DNA from: Tubiluchus corallicola
Lineage: Eukaryota > Animalia > Priapulida
Length of the DNA: 64,000 nt
Assembly (NCBI GenBank): GCA_030141605.1
Contig: JAQGDQ010000091.1
Span: 62,001-126,000 of the forward strand
Direction of reading: 5' to 3'
Shown in pieces: positions 40,801 to 55,422 of the stretch. The translations under genes and the position numbers were made by a program. The notes under the pieces were generated by a model. The model did not search any database. It saw nothing but the letters and a program-made list of their open reading frames with translations, and was not told where the DNA came from. The first letter of the stretch is position 1. The number at the start of each line of letters is the position of its first letter.

Positions 40801-43800
40801 AGTAAGACATTTGCACAAGTAAGAGGATATTAAGATCAACTAATAAGTATGAAAAGAGTTAGTTAACGATTAATGTGATTTTCATGCAAGGCAAGTAGGA
40901 TTGGCTTGACAAGAGCAATTACAGGAAACAATAAATTCGTGCAATTAATGAATTCTGACAAGGCACTCTCCCAGAGGCATCTAATGTAATTATTTTATGA
41001 AGCTTCTCGCCTAATTAGATTTTAATTCATGAGCAAAATTTTAAAATCAAGGTATAACGTGTTAATGAAATTTTAATGACCAAACATTAAACATGAATTA
41101 GGGAACCACAGAGAGAGCCGGAATTTGCATAACGTCACCATGTCAGAACATCAATCAATAATGAAATTAAATGTTTATGATACAAAAAACGTGTGCAATT
41201 TGCATTATGTGACGTAATATAAAATTAATATCTATGCTGTATTTAGTATGTGTACAAAAATTAACCTAGTAACATCGCATAAATTCCACACAAATTTCTT
41301 GCATAAAAACGTCTTTAAGTTAATTCATAGCTTTTCATTCTAATTGTGCAGCTTTCACAGGCCATTTCATCAAAGCTTTTTAAGGTGATTATGCCCAAAT
41401 AGCCTTTATATAGATCAGATCATATAGTTGTTTTAGAGATAAACAGACAATACACCTAGCCTTTCGTAACTTTTTTCAAAAGGTGTAAAGTAAAGAATTC
41501 AAAAAGAACAATACTCATATTGCTTACCTCGCCTGATGCCACAGCATCACCAGGTATAAACTGTTCTGGGTAAACATTTTCCAAAAACCAATCGAATGTC
41601 TTGCATTGTAGGTCCTTGCGCAGTTGTTTCCGTGCTGACACATCACCATAGTCACCCTGCAGAACAAAGAATATGTATCAGTGAGCTTAAAGCATTTTAA
41701 AGTTTACAGTTAACAGTGAATGGAAATCAATATGCAAGAACACCGTTAAAGAAACACAGTTAACACTTAAATACTGCTATTATAGTAGCAACCACTTTAT
41801 AGTGAAAAAATTTTTAATAGACAGAAAAGACTAAACATAGCTGATTTATTATTTAATTATAGCAACACTGGATGTGCACTGGCATTTGATGTAGGCGGAG
41901 TCTTCTTCACATCAGATTTTAGTAATGCATATGACAATTTGGCTTGAAAATTAGTAACAAAATTAAACTGTTATAATAATTAACAAACTTCACAAGGAAT
42001 GTTTTTCCAGTTCTCACATTTCTAGCAATCAGTGGTATACACCAAGAAGTAAATGTGCCTTTGAAATTATACTTAAGAAATTCATTTTTCAACAGTAGAA
42101 TAAAAATGTTTATTGTTTAACGAATCTTAAAGACAGCTGTTAATTTGTATTGTGATAGACAATTTATCATGCTAGAATTACTTCACAGTGCTAATTCACT
42201 AAACAGCTTTGTATACCAGCCACTTACTAGGTCTTTGTTGATTCGATCAAAATAATACGACTTGTACTCATCCAACCAAACTTCTGCTAGCCGTACAGAA
42301 TTCTTCTTCAGAACATTGCTACCCGTTCTCCACTTATAAGGACTTCGTTTTCGGAAGATATGTCCTACATGTGAGCATGGAATAATCTCTAAACTGCCAC
42401 CACACATCCAAGTCTATGAATATAAAAATGACATAGTTATTAACCCACTTGTGTCATGAAACTGAAATATTACTCAAATGAAAACAATGGAAAAAATATT
42501 GTTTCAAGTAAATGACATGACATGCAATGACATGAAATAAAAATGTTTTCCTCCAAAGTTAATCTCATTCTGGTTTAGGCTAGGCAATCTCTTCATTAGA
42601 AAAATAAAAGAAAATATCAGTCATAAAAATGCATATAGTATATAAAAAAAATCACTCCTAAACAAGCACTGTTTACAAAAGTATTAAACAGGCAATATCT
42701 TTATAAAGAACAATGTAAAATTATATTCATTTGGAAAATTAAATTTTTGTAATTACCTTGAAAGATAGCTCTAAATTTTCCCCTCCCCAAATATCAAATC
42801 CAGGGTCGTAAGTACCTAGCCTTTCAAACCAGGCTCGGTCAATTGAAAACAGTCCCCCGGCCATAGTGGGTGATCTGAAATATAAAATAAGTATGTTCAA
42901 TACAACTGAAATAAACAGCTTTGTTACGCTAAAAGCTAACACTTTAATGCCAAATAGCGCAAAAAAACATTAATAACTATTAGAGTTATTACTATGTATG
43001 GTCTAGAAACATCGCAAAGATAAAGCCTTATAAAACTTGTAATCAAAACAATTTTGCAGATTTGTACACTGATTAAGCAAAAAACATTTATCCGGTTGTA
43101 TTTTTAATGTCTACACGTTATTTACGTGGTAATTTTCACATAAAATGGAAATGTCAAAGGTGTTTACTTGAAGTGTCTTTGTTAATGGAGGAATCGAAAT
43201 ACCTTTTAATCGCTCAATGATCAGGCGACTTGCTCTGCTAGGTTAGGCCAATAGCTCAAATGGCAGAACATGCAATCTAAAATTGCAAGGATCTGGGTTC
43301 ACAACTGATTAGCACCTTCGTTCTTCAGAGAAATGACATTTTTGTTAATGTGTGCAGGTGTGTGTGACATTTATCTCAGAATTGATACCAAAGCTAAACG
43401 ATACTCACTGAAGAGGATCAACCTCACTCTTCCTACGCTTTCTTTCTCGAGGAGGTATAGCATGCCAGTTAAACTGCAGATTCCAGTCAAAACCACCCAC
43501 ACTAATGGCCGAAGCACGGCCATAGTGGTACTCCAAGGTATTGTCATCAATGACATCTATGACAGGACACACGACAGTAGAAGAGTTTCGGGCTATTCTG
43601 TCCAGCAGAGGTATTAGCCAACCTGTCGAAGAAAGTACTTAATTATACGTAAGATTTAAAACAGTTTCATTTCTGAATGAAAAATGGATTTACTTGTTGC
43701 ATATATTTTTGGCACCTTTACATCTATAGATTTAAGAAGAACTTTTTTGGATGAAAAAAGGCATTATTAGCTTATGTGGCACATTCTTCAGCCAGTAACT

Positions 43801-45534
43801 GCTTTGACATTAATACATTTTATTATTGCCACAATTATAACGTCAATAAACTAACAATTTCAATTGCACGCAAATAATTATGTAAACAAATGACACTAAA
43901 GATTTTAATTTAAAACAATAATTGCAGAAAGCAATAATTTAAAGCAGCATTTAAAGCAAGAAGGAATGACGGTACTTTCATCTATAGCACCTCAAGTATT
44001 AACTATTCCTACCAGTCATTAAGCTAAGATAAATATTACACTTGCTGTTGACAAAAGAAGTTGAGCATGTGCATTGAAGCTTCAAGAATAACGGTCAAGC
44101 CACTTTTTAAACAAGTCATATAAAGTATTTCAAGCTAAATCTTTAACCAAAAAAATGCAATTATGGCAGCTCAACATAGAAAATAGAGCAAAAATATAAT
44201 TCTTTCATAACACACCTTCACAACATTCACAGTGACTGTCAAGATATGTCAATGTGGTCCCTTTAGCATGTGCTGCTCCAAGTAAGCGGGCTCTGATAAG
44301 GCCTTCTCTCCTTTTTGCTCGTACAATCCTCACTTTGCCCAGAGCTGCCATGTATTCTTCTAATGGCTTTTGTAAGTGATCTGACAAAAATTGCAGAATC
44401 ACCATAAAAATTTCAGTATAAGATGTATAAAGATTGGTTGGTTTAGATGTGGTGTCTGTATATTACAATAAAAACTCATGTAAGTTACACATGTTTTTAA
44501 CAATTAAGTAGAACATTGAAATACCTTTTGAGCAACAGAACTAAGCTATAGCAAGTAAACCAGAAAATCACGAATAATATGTTAGAGGTTAAAGAGATTG
44601 TTGGATCGATTACACCTTTTCAAACTTCGTTTGAATATGTAATTATTGTAATAAAGTCAATAATTACCCATTTCTGAGAAGTCATCTACAAGAACAATCT
44701 CTTTTACCAGTTCTGGAGGCGAACGGTCAAGCACCGAGTGAACTGTACGAAGAAGGGTAGACCAAGCTTCATTGTGAAAACATATAATGACACTGGTGTC
44801 AGGAAGTTGAGAGACTGGCAGATACTTTTGCTCTGAACACCTGAAAATGAGAACATTCAGTTACCATTAGTATCTGTATTCATTATTTCAAAACTGACTT
44901 GTATTATGGCTAGTTCATTGCAGAAATATGATAGAGTTTCTTAGTTCTGTACTGTAAAGCTGCACAATTATCAAATTCAGAGGGCCGCTGCAGACGGGGA
45001 CATAAGTTATAATTTACAGACAGAAAAATCACCCAAAAGAATGAAGCATGTATATATATATATACACACAGTAATAATAACTGGAAGAAACCATAGCTCA
45101 AGTGCATTTTTCTTCACTTGCGTATGAAAGAAAAGTTATCTGAATCCCATGCTATCTCCATCTGTTTAAAGGCTATCGTAAGATGCATTACGATACCTGA
45201 TTCAGTCAGCAGTCTACCACTGCTTTAGTTGAGTTTAACTGAGCAGAAATTTAATTAAGAGCAGAAACACTAGCTAAGTTTAAAATTTATACACTGAGAC
45301 CGGCATTGCACAGTTTCCAACAACCTGTTCTCATAAGCATAAACAATATTTTAAATATATAGGGTGTTTCGTTTTTGCAAGCAAGGTGTTGGATATTTCA
45401 TATGGCATTTCATTTTTTTGGTTTTGTTAACCTGTCTCTTTATGTTCAGAGAAGTTGTACTGCATGTGCACATATTGATGTAAAATAGATAAATATGTAC
45501 GTTCGAATAAATAATAATAATAATAATAATAATG

Positions 45535-45583
<49 letters not shown>

Positions 45584-48500
45584 CAATAATATATATGATA
45601 CAAGTGTATCATTTCGTTTGGTTTAGATTTGACGATGCTTATACTGTAGGCCGTAATTAACGGTCCATTTTATTGGCAAACCAGCAGAAACTTAGCACTA
45701 TTTCCTTCCTAAAGTGGAGAATGATGTAAAATCTTACGCCCGAGCAGCTCACGTCTATAAACCTGTTAGGTCAGCTCCCTCAGCTCAATAAATCTCTGCT
45801 TGATTTTCAGGGTATAGTGGCTTTAGGCTACTGGTAAGGCTACAGCCAATATTGACTGAACAGATCAACCGAGGTTATCATTACGTCCACTTGAACAAGT
45901 GTCAGTTCAGTTGCAACAGAGTCTGATATCGAAACCTAGCAATCTCGAAATGTCGCCGTAACTTCTGAATACGCCATCAACAAATTAAACTGAAGCGTAT
46001 TGAACAAGCATTTGATACATTTTTCGTTTATTGACATGACGTGCATTATCAATAGTTACTGTTTTATTAATGACATATGAAATTAATTATGGTACTGAAC
46101 ATTTTGATTGCTGATTACTTTGAAGTTAGTACGTTTGGTAAAGGCAATAAACCCGAATAATGGATTATGTTATTATTTATTAAAATGGTATTGCTGTAAC
46201 TGTGTAAATTCAAATCAACACAAGGGCAGAAACTCAAGAAATGTTATTAGATATAGCTAGCTATTGAACTATTGAAAGATTTACATTATTTCACAATCAG
46301 ATAAGCTAAAAAGTTTACGCATCTTGAACAAAAATTTTAAATGAAAAAACAAAAAATGTGTTCTCCTACTTTTTTCTCTTTCCTGCCATTTTTCTTGTTT
46401 TCTCTCCCTATCACCTCTCCTCTGTTCTCTCCCCCTTCTCTATTTTTTTGTTAACTTCTCTCTCTCTCTCCCTCTCTCTCTTTCTCTCACCTAGAGCACA
46501 CGGATTACATAATCTAAATTTTGTTCAACTTGTTTTTATTGAAAGATCAATGTGAAAAGAATTCCCGGCAGTAATTTAAATCAATTATCAACATGTTTTA
46601 TTTCATAGCAACATTATGACATTCTTACTGCTGCCAGGTTAAACAAATCAATCACTCATGGACGAACTCAAAATAACCTTATATTAGTACGCCTCCGCCC
46701 TAATCGCAGTCGATAGTACTGCATTGCAAAATATAAAAGGTAGCATTTTTGGCCCACACAAAATGCCTACTTCTGGACCTAGCTTCCGATCATGTACTTT
46801 ATGAAATCAGTGACACGAGGCGTAAAAACTGCGTTTAGACGAATGCCCAGTATTTAATCCAGTGACCATTGTGAAAACGCACCAATTAGTACGAAAATAG
46901 GTCATTTGGATGAAAATGCTTCAAAAAGTGAGCAAGCCAAATACTGATTTTTGTAGGATGGATGAAATTATGAACATGACAATGTTATAACATAAGACAC
47001 GGGAAATACAGAAAGAATAATCAACAACTGTTGTTTTTCACTAGGGTGGGATCTCAAAATTCTCTGTTTTGTAAGAAAAAATTCAAAATATGAAACTTGC
47101 AGGTGCAGCTGAAATTGTAACGAAAGATGTTGATGTTGAAAAAACAAACTGCATGAAAAAAACTCAACTCGCAGTTTGTGTTTCGTCTGCAGTATTTTAG
47201 GCAGTTGGGGCGTAACCAATTAGTTATTCCAAGCGAAATTATATTTAAATCTGAAATTCCAGATTGTACGAAAAAGCATCTTTGAATGTATCAGCAAAAG
47301 CTATTTCTATCTTATCATTTAAATATAACATAATGGTTTTTATCAGCAGGTTAACACACACGCAATAAGAGCAGGTGCTAACTCTATACATCACGCTTTT
47401 GATATCTAACCAAACAAGGGCAGAATGCAATATATCAACAGGCGGCAAAGTTACACATTATCATTACAGCGAGTATTACATTCACCAGTGCATGCCTATA
47501 TATTCATTGATCCATTTGTCTCATGAATTTAGGTCATCTTTTAGTACACTTACATTCTCTCATGCATGGTATTTGAGATAAAACCTTGCGATTTTCAATG
47601 GCAAGGTAGTGAAAGTGAAAGGTGGGCCAAGGAAATACAGCATTTGTTCAACTTTCTTTCAATGAGAAATGTTGTAATTTTTTAAAAGTTAAGCCTCGCT
47701 ATCTATTCAATAATCTACCTACTTAAAAATCTCCTAAGTAGCAGTGAATTGACTGCACAATGCCTTTAACACAATGCTTTTGTTTTATTTACTGCAAATT
47801 TTTATGTACAGAAAAAAGTCTCAAGGAAAATGCAATGGTATTTACTTCAAAAACTGTGATCCACCTGTAATCGCTTTTAACGACAATTAGTTTAGATTAA
47901 ATGGTTCAGATTTTAGCACATACATTTCGGCTCCAGCCGCCCAAAACATTAAAAAGCCTTTCAAGACGAGCAAAAATTGAAAGAAAACGGCGTAAATGGC
48001 CATGAAATTTTCACTAGTGACGCTGCTACAGCGAAACAGCATCCCAAAGAAACACGCACATTCGGACAGCCAAGCTAATATCATGGAGGAAGTCGCCAAT
48101 CAGCAAAAGCCAACAATGCAGACGTAACAGCATTTCCATTAATGTGTGCTTGACTTGCAGCTAATGTTCGGGAAAGTAGTGTAAAAGCCACTAAAGGGGC
48201 TTTGCACTAACGAAGTAGGAAGCCCGGTAATTATTAAGCGGTTCGCAAATACACTTTGAACAACCGACGCATACTAACGACTACTGAAAGATTTTAATTG
48301 ACCATGTGCAATTAGCGTGGCTCCGTAGGCGCAAGGAAGTTGGATGGTGATTGGCGATTAGTAATTATTATCTACGTGTATGCGTTGGTAGTCTGATTTT
48401 TATTTAAATACTCCAAAGAAATTCATATAATAACATTTTAACAACAGTTTTAAATAATCATTTGACTGAGAGTTAAATAATCATTTGATTACGCAGTTAA

Positions 48501-51500
48501 ACATAAATCATTCATTAAAAGCATAAATACAGAAAATAAAATGATAGTCGTAGGTAGCTGAAAACAGAAATGAAAAACGTTTTAGCGTCATCATTATAAA
48601 AACTTCTAGCAATGAAAAATTAAAGTGTCGTTCTCTTTATAGGTTTTAGTTATATTTTCAAAACTTTAGGTTTTTAAAAATACTTTGACTTGCTCCTACA
48701 ATCTTGTATTGTATATTTAAAACCTTGATCTTTCAAGACGCCATACCCCTTTCTTAAACCGTAGATTATAAAACTGAAATTAAAAACTGATACGAAATTT
48801 TATGGGTTTTACCATTTGAGAAAAAGGCATGGTGTCTCTAATTGTTAAACCTTAAAACTAAAGAAAACTCAAGCAAACTTGGCACATTGATGCACTATAA
48901 CGTAGTAACCTATTGTATATCTTATATGAAAGTTAAAATTGTTTTGCACAACATAGGATACCTTTACTTGGCAAAAAACCAGCCTGTGCAAGTTTAGCCA
49001 CCATTTCAAGAAACGAATTGACGAGAGCTATTTCATTCTAGATTTATGCAGCACGATTTTACATTCATAAAACTGCATCTAAGATGAAACTAAGATGATT
49101 TTTATTATTCAGCCTGCTGTAGGAGGTCTCTTTGTCTCTTTCGTCCGCCAAAGAGAATCATCTCGCAAACTGATACTTCCAGAAAGCACTATATACTACT
49201 CTTTGAAACATGTCTGGTCTTACAGTAGCAGCAACTATTGTATATAAGCCAGTCTAGAGTAGGAAATAAGGTCATCCAGGGGCTATGGACCCACAAATCG
49301 GTTTCATTTAGACTTGCAAATGCGTTTAGACTTCAGCTAAATCAATGAAGCTCAGCAGTACACAGCTGGCAACTGTTGATAAAACGAGGGAAAGAATTTC
49401 GAGATAGAGATCTCTTAGACGAGTCAGTTAATTTCATGCACAGTGACTTAGATATTTATATTATTGTAAGCAGTCTCAGTGATTTCAAAGTTTAGATGGC
49501 ATGGCATAACAATTATTTACAGAAGCCATATTAAAATAGTTTACATTAGTCATAATACTGGATTGCTTGCACATACGTTCTATCATCAAGTAAATGAATT
49601 CAAACGTCCCAATTTCCATATAATTCCAACTGGGAACTGGTCAGGCTTTGATATCAATATGCTAATATCTCGTCCTTGGTGGAGGCTCGAATGCTTCTGG
49701 TGAGACACAGACATAGCGTACATGCAATAACGTTATTCCCATGTACTGAACCACTGTTTAGGAGTAGGGCCACAAAGTTTTCACTCAAAAATTTTAGTTC
49801 CAGAGGAGACTTGTGTGATGCAAGGCAAAAACAAGGCAAAAAGTATTACTGTAAGAAAACCTAGTCAACGATTAAAATTTTTTAACGAACAGTCAAAGTT
49901 TAACCTGATATATTGCACAATGCTACAAATAGCCAAGAAGCTGCAATTTCAGCAGATTCAGTCCATTGTTCATCAGCCATCACAATTTTACGATCGTCCA
50001 TAAAATAAGCCCTTAACCATGCTAATTTCAAATAAACCTTTCGCAACCCAACTATAAAACATTTAACTGAGTTCAACATAACCAGAAGTATATTAAAACT
50101 TGCAGCAGCTCGAGCTGTAGAGGACGATTAACTCTCATAAATGCATGCACGGTTGAGCGCTGTTGAAGTGCTGATGAGGTAATTAGACAAATGAGATTTT
50201 CCCCATACGCATTAAGTGCTTTTCATTAAAACGGGTGAAAAGAAGTAAAAAGTTATCAAGGGCAGATTTAATTAATAGTTTTGTATAGGATGGAAGCAAA
50301 TGAAAAAAATATACCCAGGATAAAGTTTGTTTTTCTGCAAGCCATTAAAAGCTGTAATCCATAGGTTTGAATCATTCCCCTTTTTCTGCAACGACCTGTT
50401 TAATCCGTATAACATTGTAATTTAGTGTTAGTAACAGCATTCTTTGTTAGCTACTTTGAAATTACACCTTCTTTGTTACACTCTTTCCTATATAATCTGA
50501 AAAATCTGTTTACATATGGCCTAGCAATGAATATAAAATTTTTTTGCGACTGTTGTGAAATAAACATGTTTTAATTAGAACTTAAAAAACAAACTTACTC
50601 TTAAAAACTTATGCTCAGTTCGTAGTGGTCATGTTTGTATCTAACTAACATTGAGTTAATAACTAGTTAATCACGAGCAAATATCTAGAATAGAACATTT
50701 GACACATTACGAAAATCTTATATTTACTTTGTACACTTCTGAAACTGCAAAAGCTGTAGCCTGTATTTTGGTCATTTTTTACTTACACATTATCTTGGAC
50801 TTGTAGTTCAATTTATAATGATTTTCTTAGAAAAATTTTTAACCATTAGAAATTTTAACGATACTTACTGAGCATCACGTACATCTGGAAGGTGCCGGTG
50901 AAGTGAGATCATATCACTTGCATACTGGTTAAATGCATTTTTTTTCTGACCATCTTCCATTTTTTGCTTCTCTTCTGTATTGAGATTATCTAATTTAACG
51001 GCCTTGCCCATCTCGCCAGGAGCATTGGGGTCATACCTATTAGAACGTGCGAGCATTAATTCACGATTTTATAATTTTTTAACTTGAATGACGGATCAGG
51101 TCATTTACCAGAAGGCTACAAGGTTTCCAGATTTCAGCCTTAAATATGTTGAAGATATACAGTTCTTAGTACCAATAAACTTAAGTTTTCCTTCTCTAAT
51201 CAATATGGATAGCCAAAGCCTGGTCGCTTAATGCTCACTGAATTTAATCGTTATTTACACCATTTATTTTTAGAACAAGGTTGAGGAAGGTGAATGGCAA
51301 CCTTAATATTAATTTGTTACATTTTTACTTGCTGCAACTTAACATATAACTTTTTTACAAGCAAGCTGTACAGCATCATAAAATTACAATGCTGGAAAAT
51401 ATCAGTTGGAAAAATATTGGGCTGAAAGATGTTTTGAGCCAAAAACAAGGAAAGTCATATGCTAACTTACATGATGTGTTATAAAATTTATTATATACAA

Positions 51501-52587
51501 AACAGATTATTTTTAAAAATGACATTTGCACATCAAAAATTGGTGTTCAAACAATTTCTGTACTAAGAGCATGCCAACAACCTACTTTGAAATTTTTTAA
51601 AAAATGGAAAGCTTGGAATTAAAAATATGCTTTTAGATATTCATAGTAAGCCAAAGTAACCAGACAACAAAATAATTTAGATTAAGTCTGTGCATGTTGA
51701 CTAAATTTAATGACTGATTTTATTATTTTATAGTACATTTCTTAATAATTCATTAAAATTACGTCTCGTGGCGAGTTGTGACTGAGTGGATAAGGCACCC
51801 ACACTGTGCAAATGACATGAGTTTGATACCTTCTTTAGATGATATCATTCAAACTTTGTCTGTTTACTTGCAGAGGGAGGACGTATGTACATCCGAATAT
51901 ACACGAAATACACTTGCCAGTCCAATGATTCAGCGTGGAGGGATATCCTTGATAATGAATCAGCTCCAGTCATGCCACAAGCATCTCCATGAATAGGACC
52001 TGTCTTTGAGTGCTTTCTGGCATGTAGTGCACCCACATGTATAAAAAAATAATAAAGAATACAAAGTGGAAGTCGATTGTAAATACTTACGGTTCATCCC
52101 TTGGAATGATTTTGTAAACTTGTTGCTTTCCATGCAACTCTTTCTCTTCACCGTCTATTCCACTTTCTTTTACTATTTCTTCTATATGTTTAATATTAGG
52201 TTCAGGTGCAAGTGGCGGATGTAGCACATTGCCCTTATTTATATTATCAGCACTATCACTAACTGGATTTCGTGGCCCGCTAGGGTCCATATGTCTTTGA
52301 GCAACCTCTTGGGGAGCAGGCCCATCGGGTAACTTATGAATCACAGAATCAGGTTTATCACTTTTTTCGGGACGGTGTAGTGTATCTATTAGATTATAGT
52401 GTTTAGAAGTTTTTTGAAAAATTCCTCCTGGTTGGCCACCACGAAACATGAGGAAAGAGTCTTCACGTTCGGAGCGTCCAAGTTTTATCCGGTCATAGTA
52501 CGCAAGTATTAGAACGACAAGGAACCATATTGCTGGGATCAGGATTATTGCTCTAAATATAAGAGACCGTTTCCTGAAGATCCCCAT
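37866..52587 (-). CDS. Polypeptide N-acetylgalactosaminyltransferase paralog A (pgant9/gly-5-like, GT27 + ricin lectin), 11 exons, about 676 aa
   Basis: Exons (minus, all GT-AG, phases consistent): 52587-52091, 51036-50869, 44840-44668, 44380-44216, 43622-43409, 42874-42757, 42413-42228, 41656-41528, 40215-40105 (or 39875-39771), 38440-38312, 38006-37866. Type II signal anchor, [65 protein letters not shown], lectin CLD...CH..GNQ.W repeats. Confidence 0.93.
39771..39875 (-). CDS. Alternative (duplicated) GALNT-A lectin alpha-repeat exon 9b
   Basis: 105 nt, ag|...|gt, phase 0/0, [35 protein letters not shown]; homologous to exon 9a. Confidence 0.85.
40105..40215 (-). CDS. GALNT-A lectin alpha-repeat exon 9a
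   Basis: 111 nt, ag|...|gtatgt, phase 0/0, [37 protein letters not shown]. Confidence 0.9.
45507..45590. repeat. (AAT)n microsatellite
   Basis: Directly visible. Confidence 0.95.
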
Positions 52588-55422
52588 TTCTGCTTTACCC
52601 TATCACACCAGTTTGCAGAGCTTCAGAGCTTACCACATGCAGAGTTTGGGTAAGGTCACGAGTTCCGGGTGACGACCTTGAAGTTTGCTCCCTGAGTTTG
52701 CATTCTGTAAAAAGAGAAGAAAATAAACAGAAGAAATTTATTGCAAACACTCGTTGAATGCTTTTCAAATTTTGCTTTTACAGCATGCCAGCAGTAAAGC
52801 ACTGCAGCATACACATCGCTCACTTTCTTTATGTTGTGTCTAATGTAAATATGTTTAAGTTTAAAACAAGATGTTGCAACAATTTAGCTTCATAGATTAC
52901 TTACAAGATGCAGTTTATTTTTTCTGTCAGTAGGTGGTTTATAGCTAAAATGATGATGCCAACAAGTGGTCTTGGACAAAAAATAACTGACGAAAGGTAA
53001 AAATTATGAAGGCTTTTGTTATTATACTTCTTTACCTAATAAAAGTATATTTACATATATACATATTGGTGAAAGTGGGCTCCCTCCAGGGGAGAACTAA
53101 CAAACTTGACTGAAATGTATTTGATGATCTAAAATTGTATCAGTTCAACTCAATTAAAGCTTATCTGCACTAATACAAAGAGGTATCATGGCAAAAAACA
53201 CGAGTTATTATAGGTATTACACAGACAAAATATAGAAAAATTAAAATAGTAATGCCTAAGTAACAAATACAAAATTGGGTAAATCAGAACTATTAAGAGC
53301 TAATAAAAACTTAAGTTACATAATCACAACACAAATTAATTATGTAATCAGTTAATCACAACAATTAAACATAATTATAATGCAACTTAATTACAAAATT
53401 ACAAAAGTGGTTTATCCCACACTCATCAGAAGGTTGTATTAGCTATGGGTACATCAGTTAAAACATGTTGCATTTAATTATAATATAAAATTCGATAAAA
53501 ACTTACATCATTAAAACCAGATGTACCTACTCACAGTGAATTAAAATTTGCTTAAAGGAAGACTTTTTTTAAAGGAAGGATTTTTCATATACTACCCCAC
53601 AAAATAACACTATGTACTATTACTACGGCTATGGAGACGGCAACGACTACTACTACTACTACTACTTGCTACTATATGTGAATTTAATAAAGCACAGTGC
53701 AATACAGTGTACGATAAAGTACAATAGAGTGTACGTCAAATGTGTCTGCCCATTAAGAGCACAAAAAAGGCCATTCACTGCTGAAGTTGGGGCTATTTTA
53801 CAAAGCGTCTGGCAGTATAATGAGCGACTAAATAAGCTTCGAACACACATTGTTGTTTTGACAACCTATAGCATAAAGCACTTTGCACAAGAGGTAAATG
53901 ACACTATGAAAATGTTGCTTTAGACACACTGACTGGGGCCAGTTGACAGGTTTGTAAGCAAATCCAGTTGAAAAGTTTTTCAACCCACAATCCATAAAAT
54001 TTTTATGCTAAGACTAAGAAATACACTTTTTGCCTTTTTGGTATTGTATTCTCCAAATACCAAATTTGCAGTAATTGCCTCCTGGAGGAGTTAATCGTCG
54101 CAGACACCACTTGTGGGCGGAGCCTTACTAAAAACAAAATTTTATGTCAAAACAGTCAGATGAAAATTTGATGTGTTCATCAAAATGTCAACCATTGGTT
54201 TTCCTGCCCTGCTGGAACAAAAACCAGCAACCTAAAAGTATTTACTGATACCTATAGTCAGGCAGTCGATCGAGAACAGGGTCCTAATTAGAGCTGTTCT
54301 TTGATCAACAGTTATTAACGAATAATAATCCAATCAGGGTTATCATCTGGCTTTAAACTTAAGTGTATTTATTTAGCATCAGAACGCGAACTCATCTTCT
54401 AGTGAAATAAATCACTGCACTACAGCATATCCACCAAAAAAATTTAAAGTACACCCGCCGAGGTTACATATCGTATTGTCAAATCTTGGGGTTTTGAGAC
54501 CTTTCATCAGAATTACTGTATCATGCTCGTCTACTAGTTCCTGTCAAGTTTAATAAGGATCCCAGCTTACTCAAGGGTAATGAAATGCTATTGAGCATCT
54601 CCGATAATCCCTCTATACAGAGCTCTGCATAGAAATCACAACTCGTAATTACAGCTCGATCGCTTTTCCAGATCGGTAAACTACACAGGGATCACACTAC
54701 CATAGAATTCATCCTAGAGTTAATTAATGACTACGTGCTCAACGAAACAGATGTCCATCAACAGAAGCCATTTGTTAGTCTCGTCTGCTAAATTCAGCGT
54801 TTGGATACTTAGGGTATATTGTGCAGTGTACTGCTTCTTATGGTCATAATACTGGTATTATGCCTAGGGTATACCGCTAATGTATGGGGGGTATATGCTT
54901 TTAATATCTGTATATCTTAACCTCTGCTGTCCTCCTAGTATAAAATGCCATACAGCAATCTGTCTCGAGCAGTTTGTGTTGTTTAGTAAAATATGCAACG
55001 TAGACATTGTTATACCAGCACACAGATGCACTAAAGGTTAACAATCACACGCAAATGCTGGTTCAGTCTCAGTATCTTATATTCATGGTGACTAGTGCAC
55101 TCTTAATAAATGAAATGAGCCACTCTACGACAATCTGAGTCAATAAACTGAATACACAAAATAACCGAATTGGAAACCCCCAACCGAAATTTAAGACAGA
55201 AATATAACAGGGCTTGTGGAACAATCACCAAAAGTATGAGAAATCTAGAATACATTGAAGAACTAGATTGCTTGTTTATTAACAAGTGCAGTCAACCAGA
55301 TGAACGAAATGATTATTTTTAACACCAGCCGAAAACGGTCTTAATCAGGTAAGAAAAGCTGCTCCTCTTATTTTAAATGATGCGTTTATGAATTTCCAGT
55401 GAAATGGCTGCAGTAATATACA

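Noticed and set aside
54488-54520. Minus-strand CTGATGAAAGGTCTCAAAAC resembling a minimal hammerhead ribozyme
   Set aside because: The required GAAA is missing and I could not form stems I and III.
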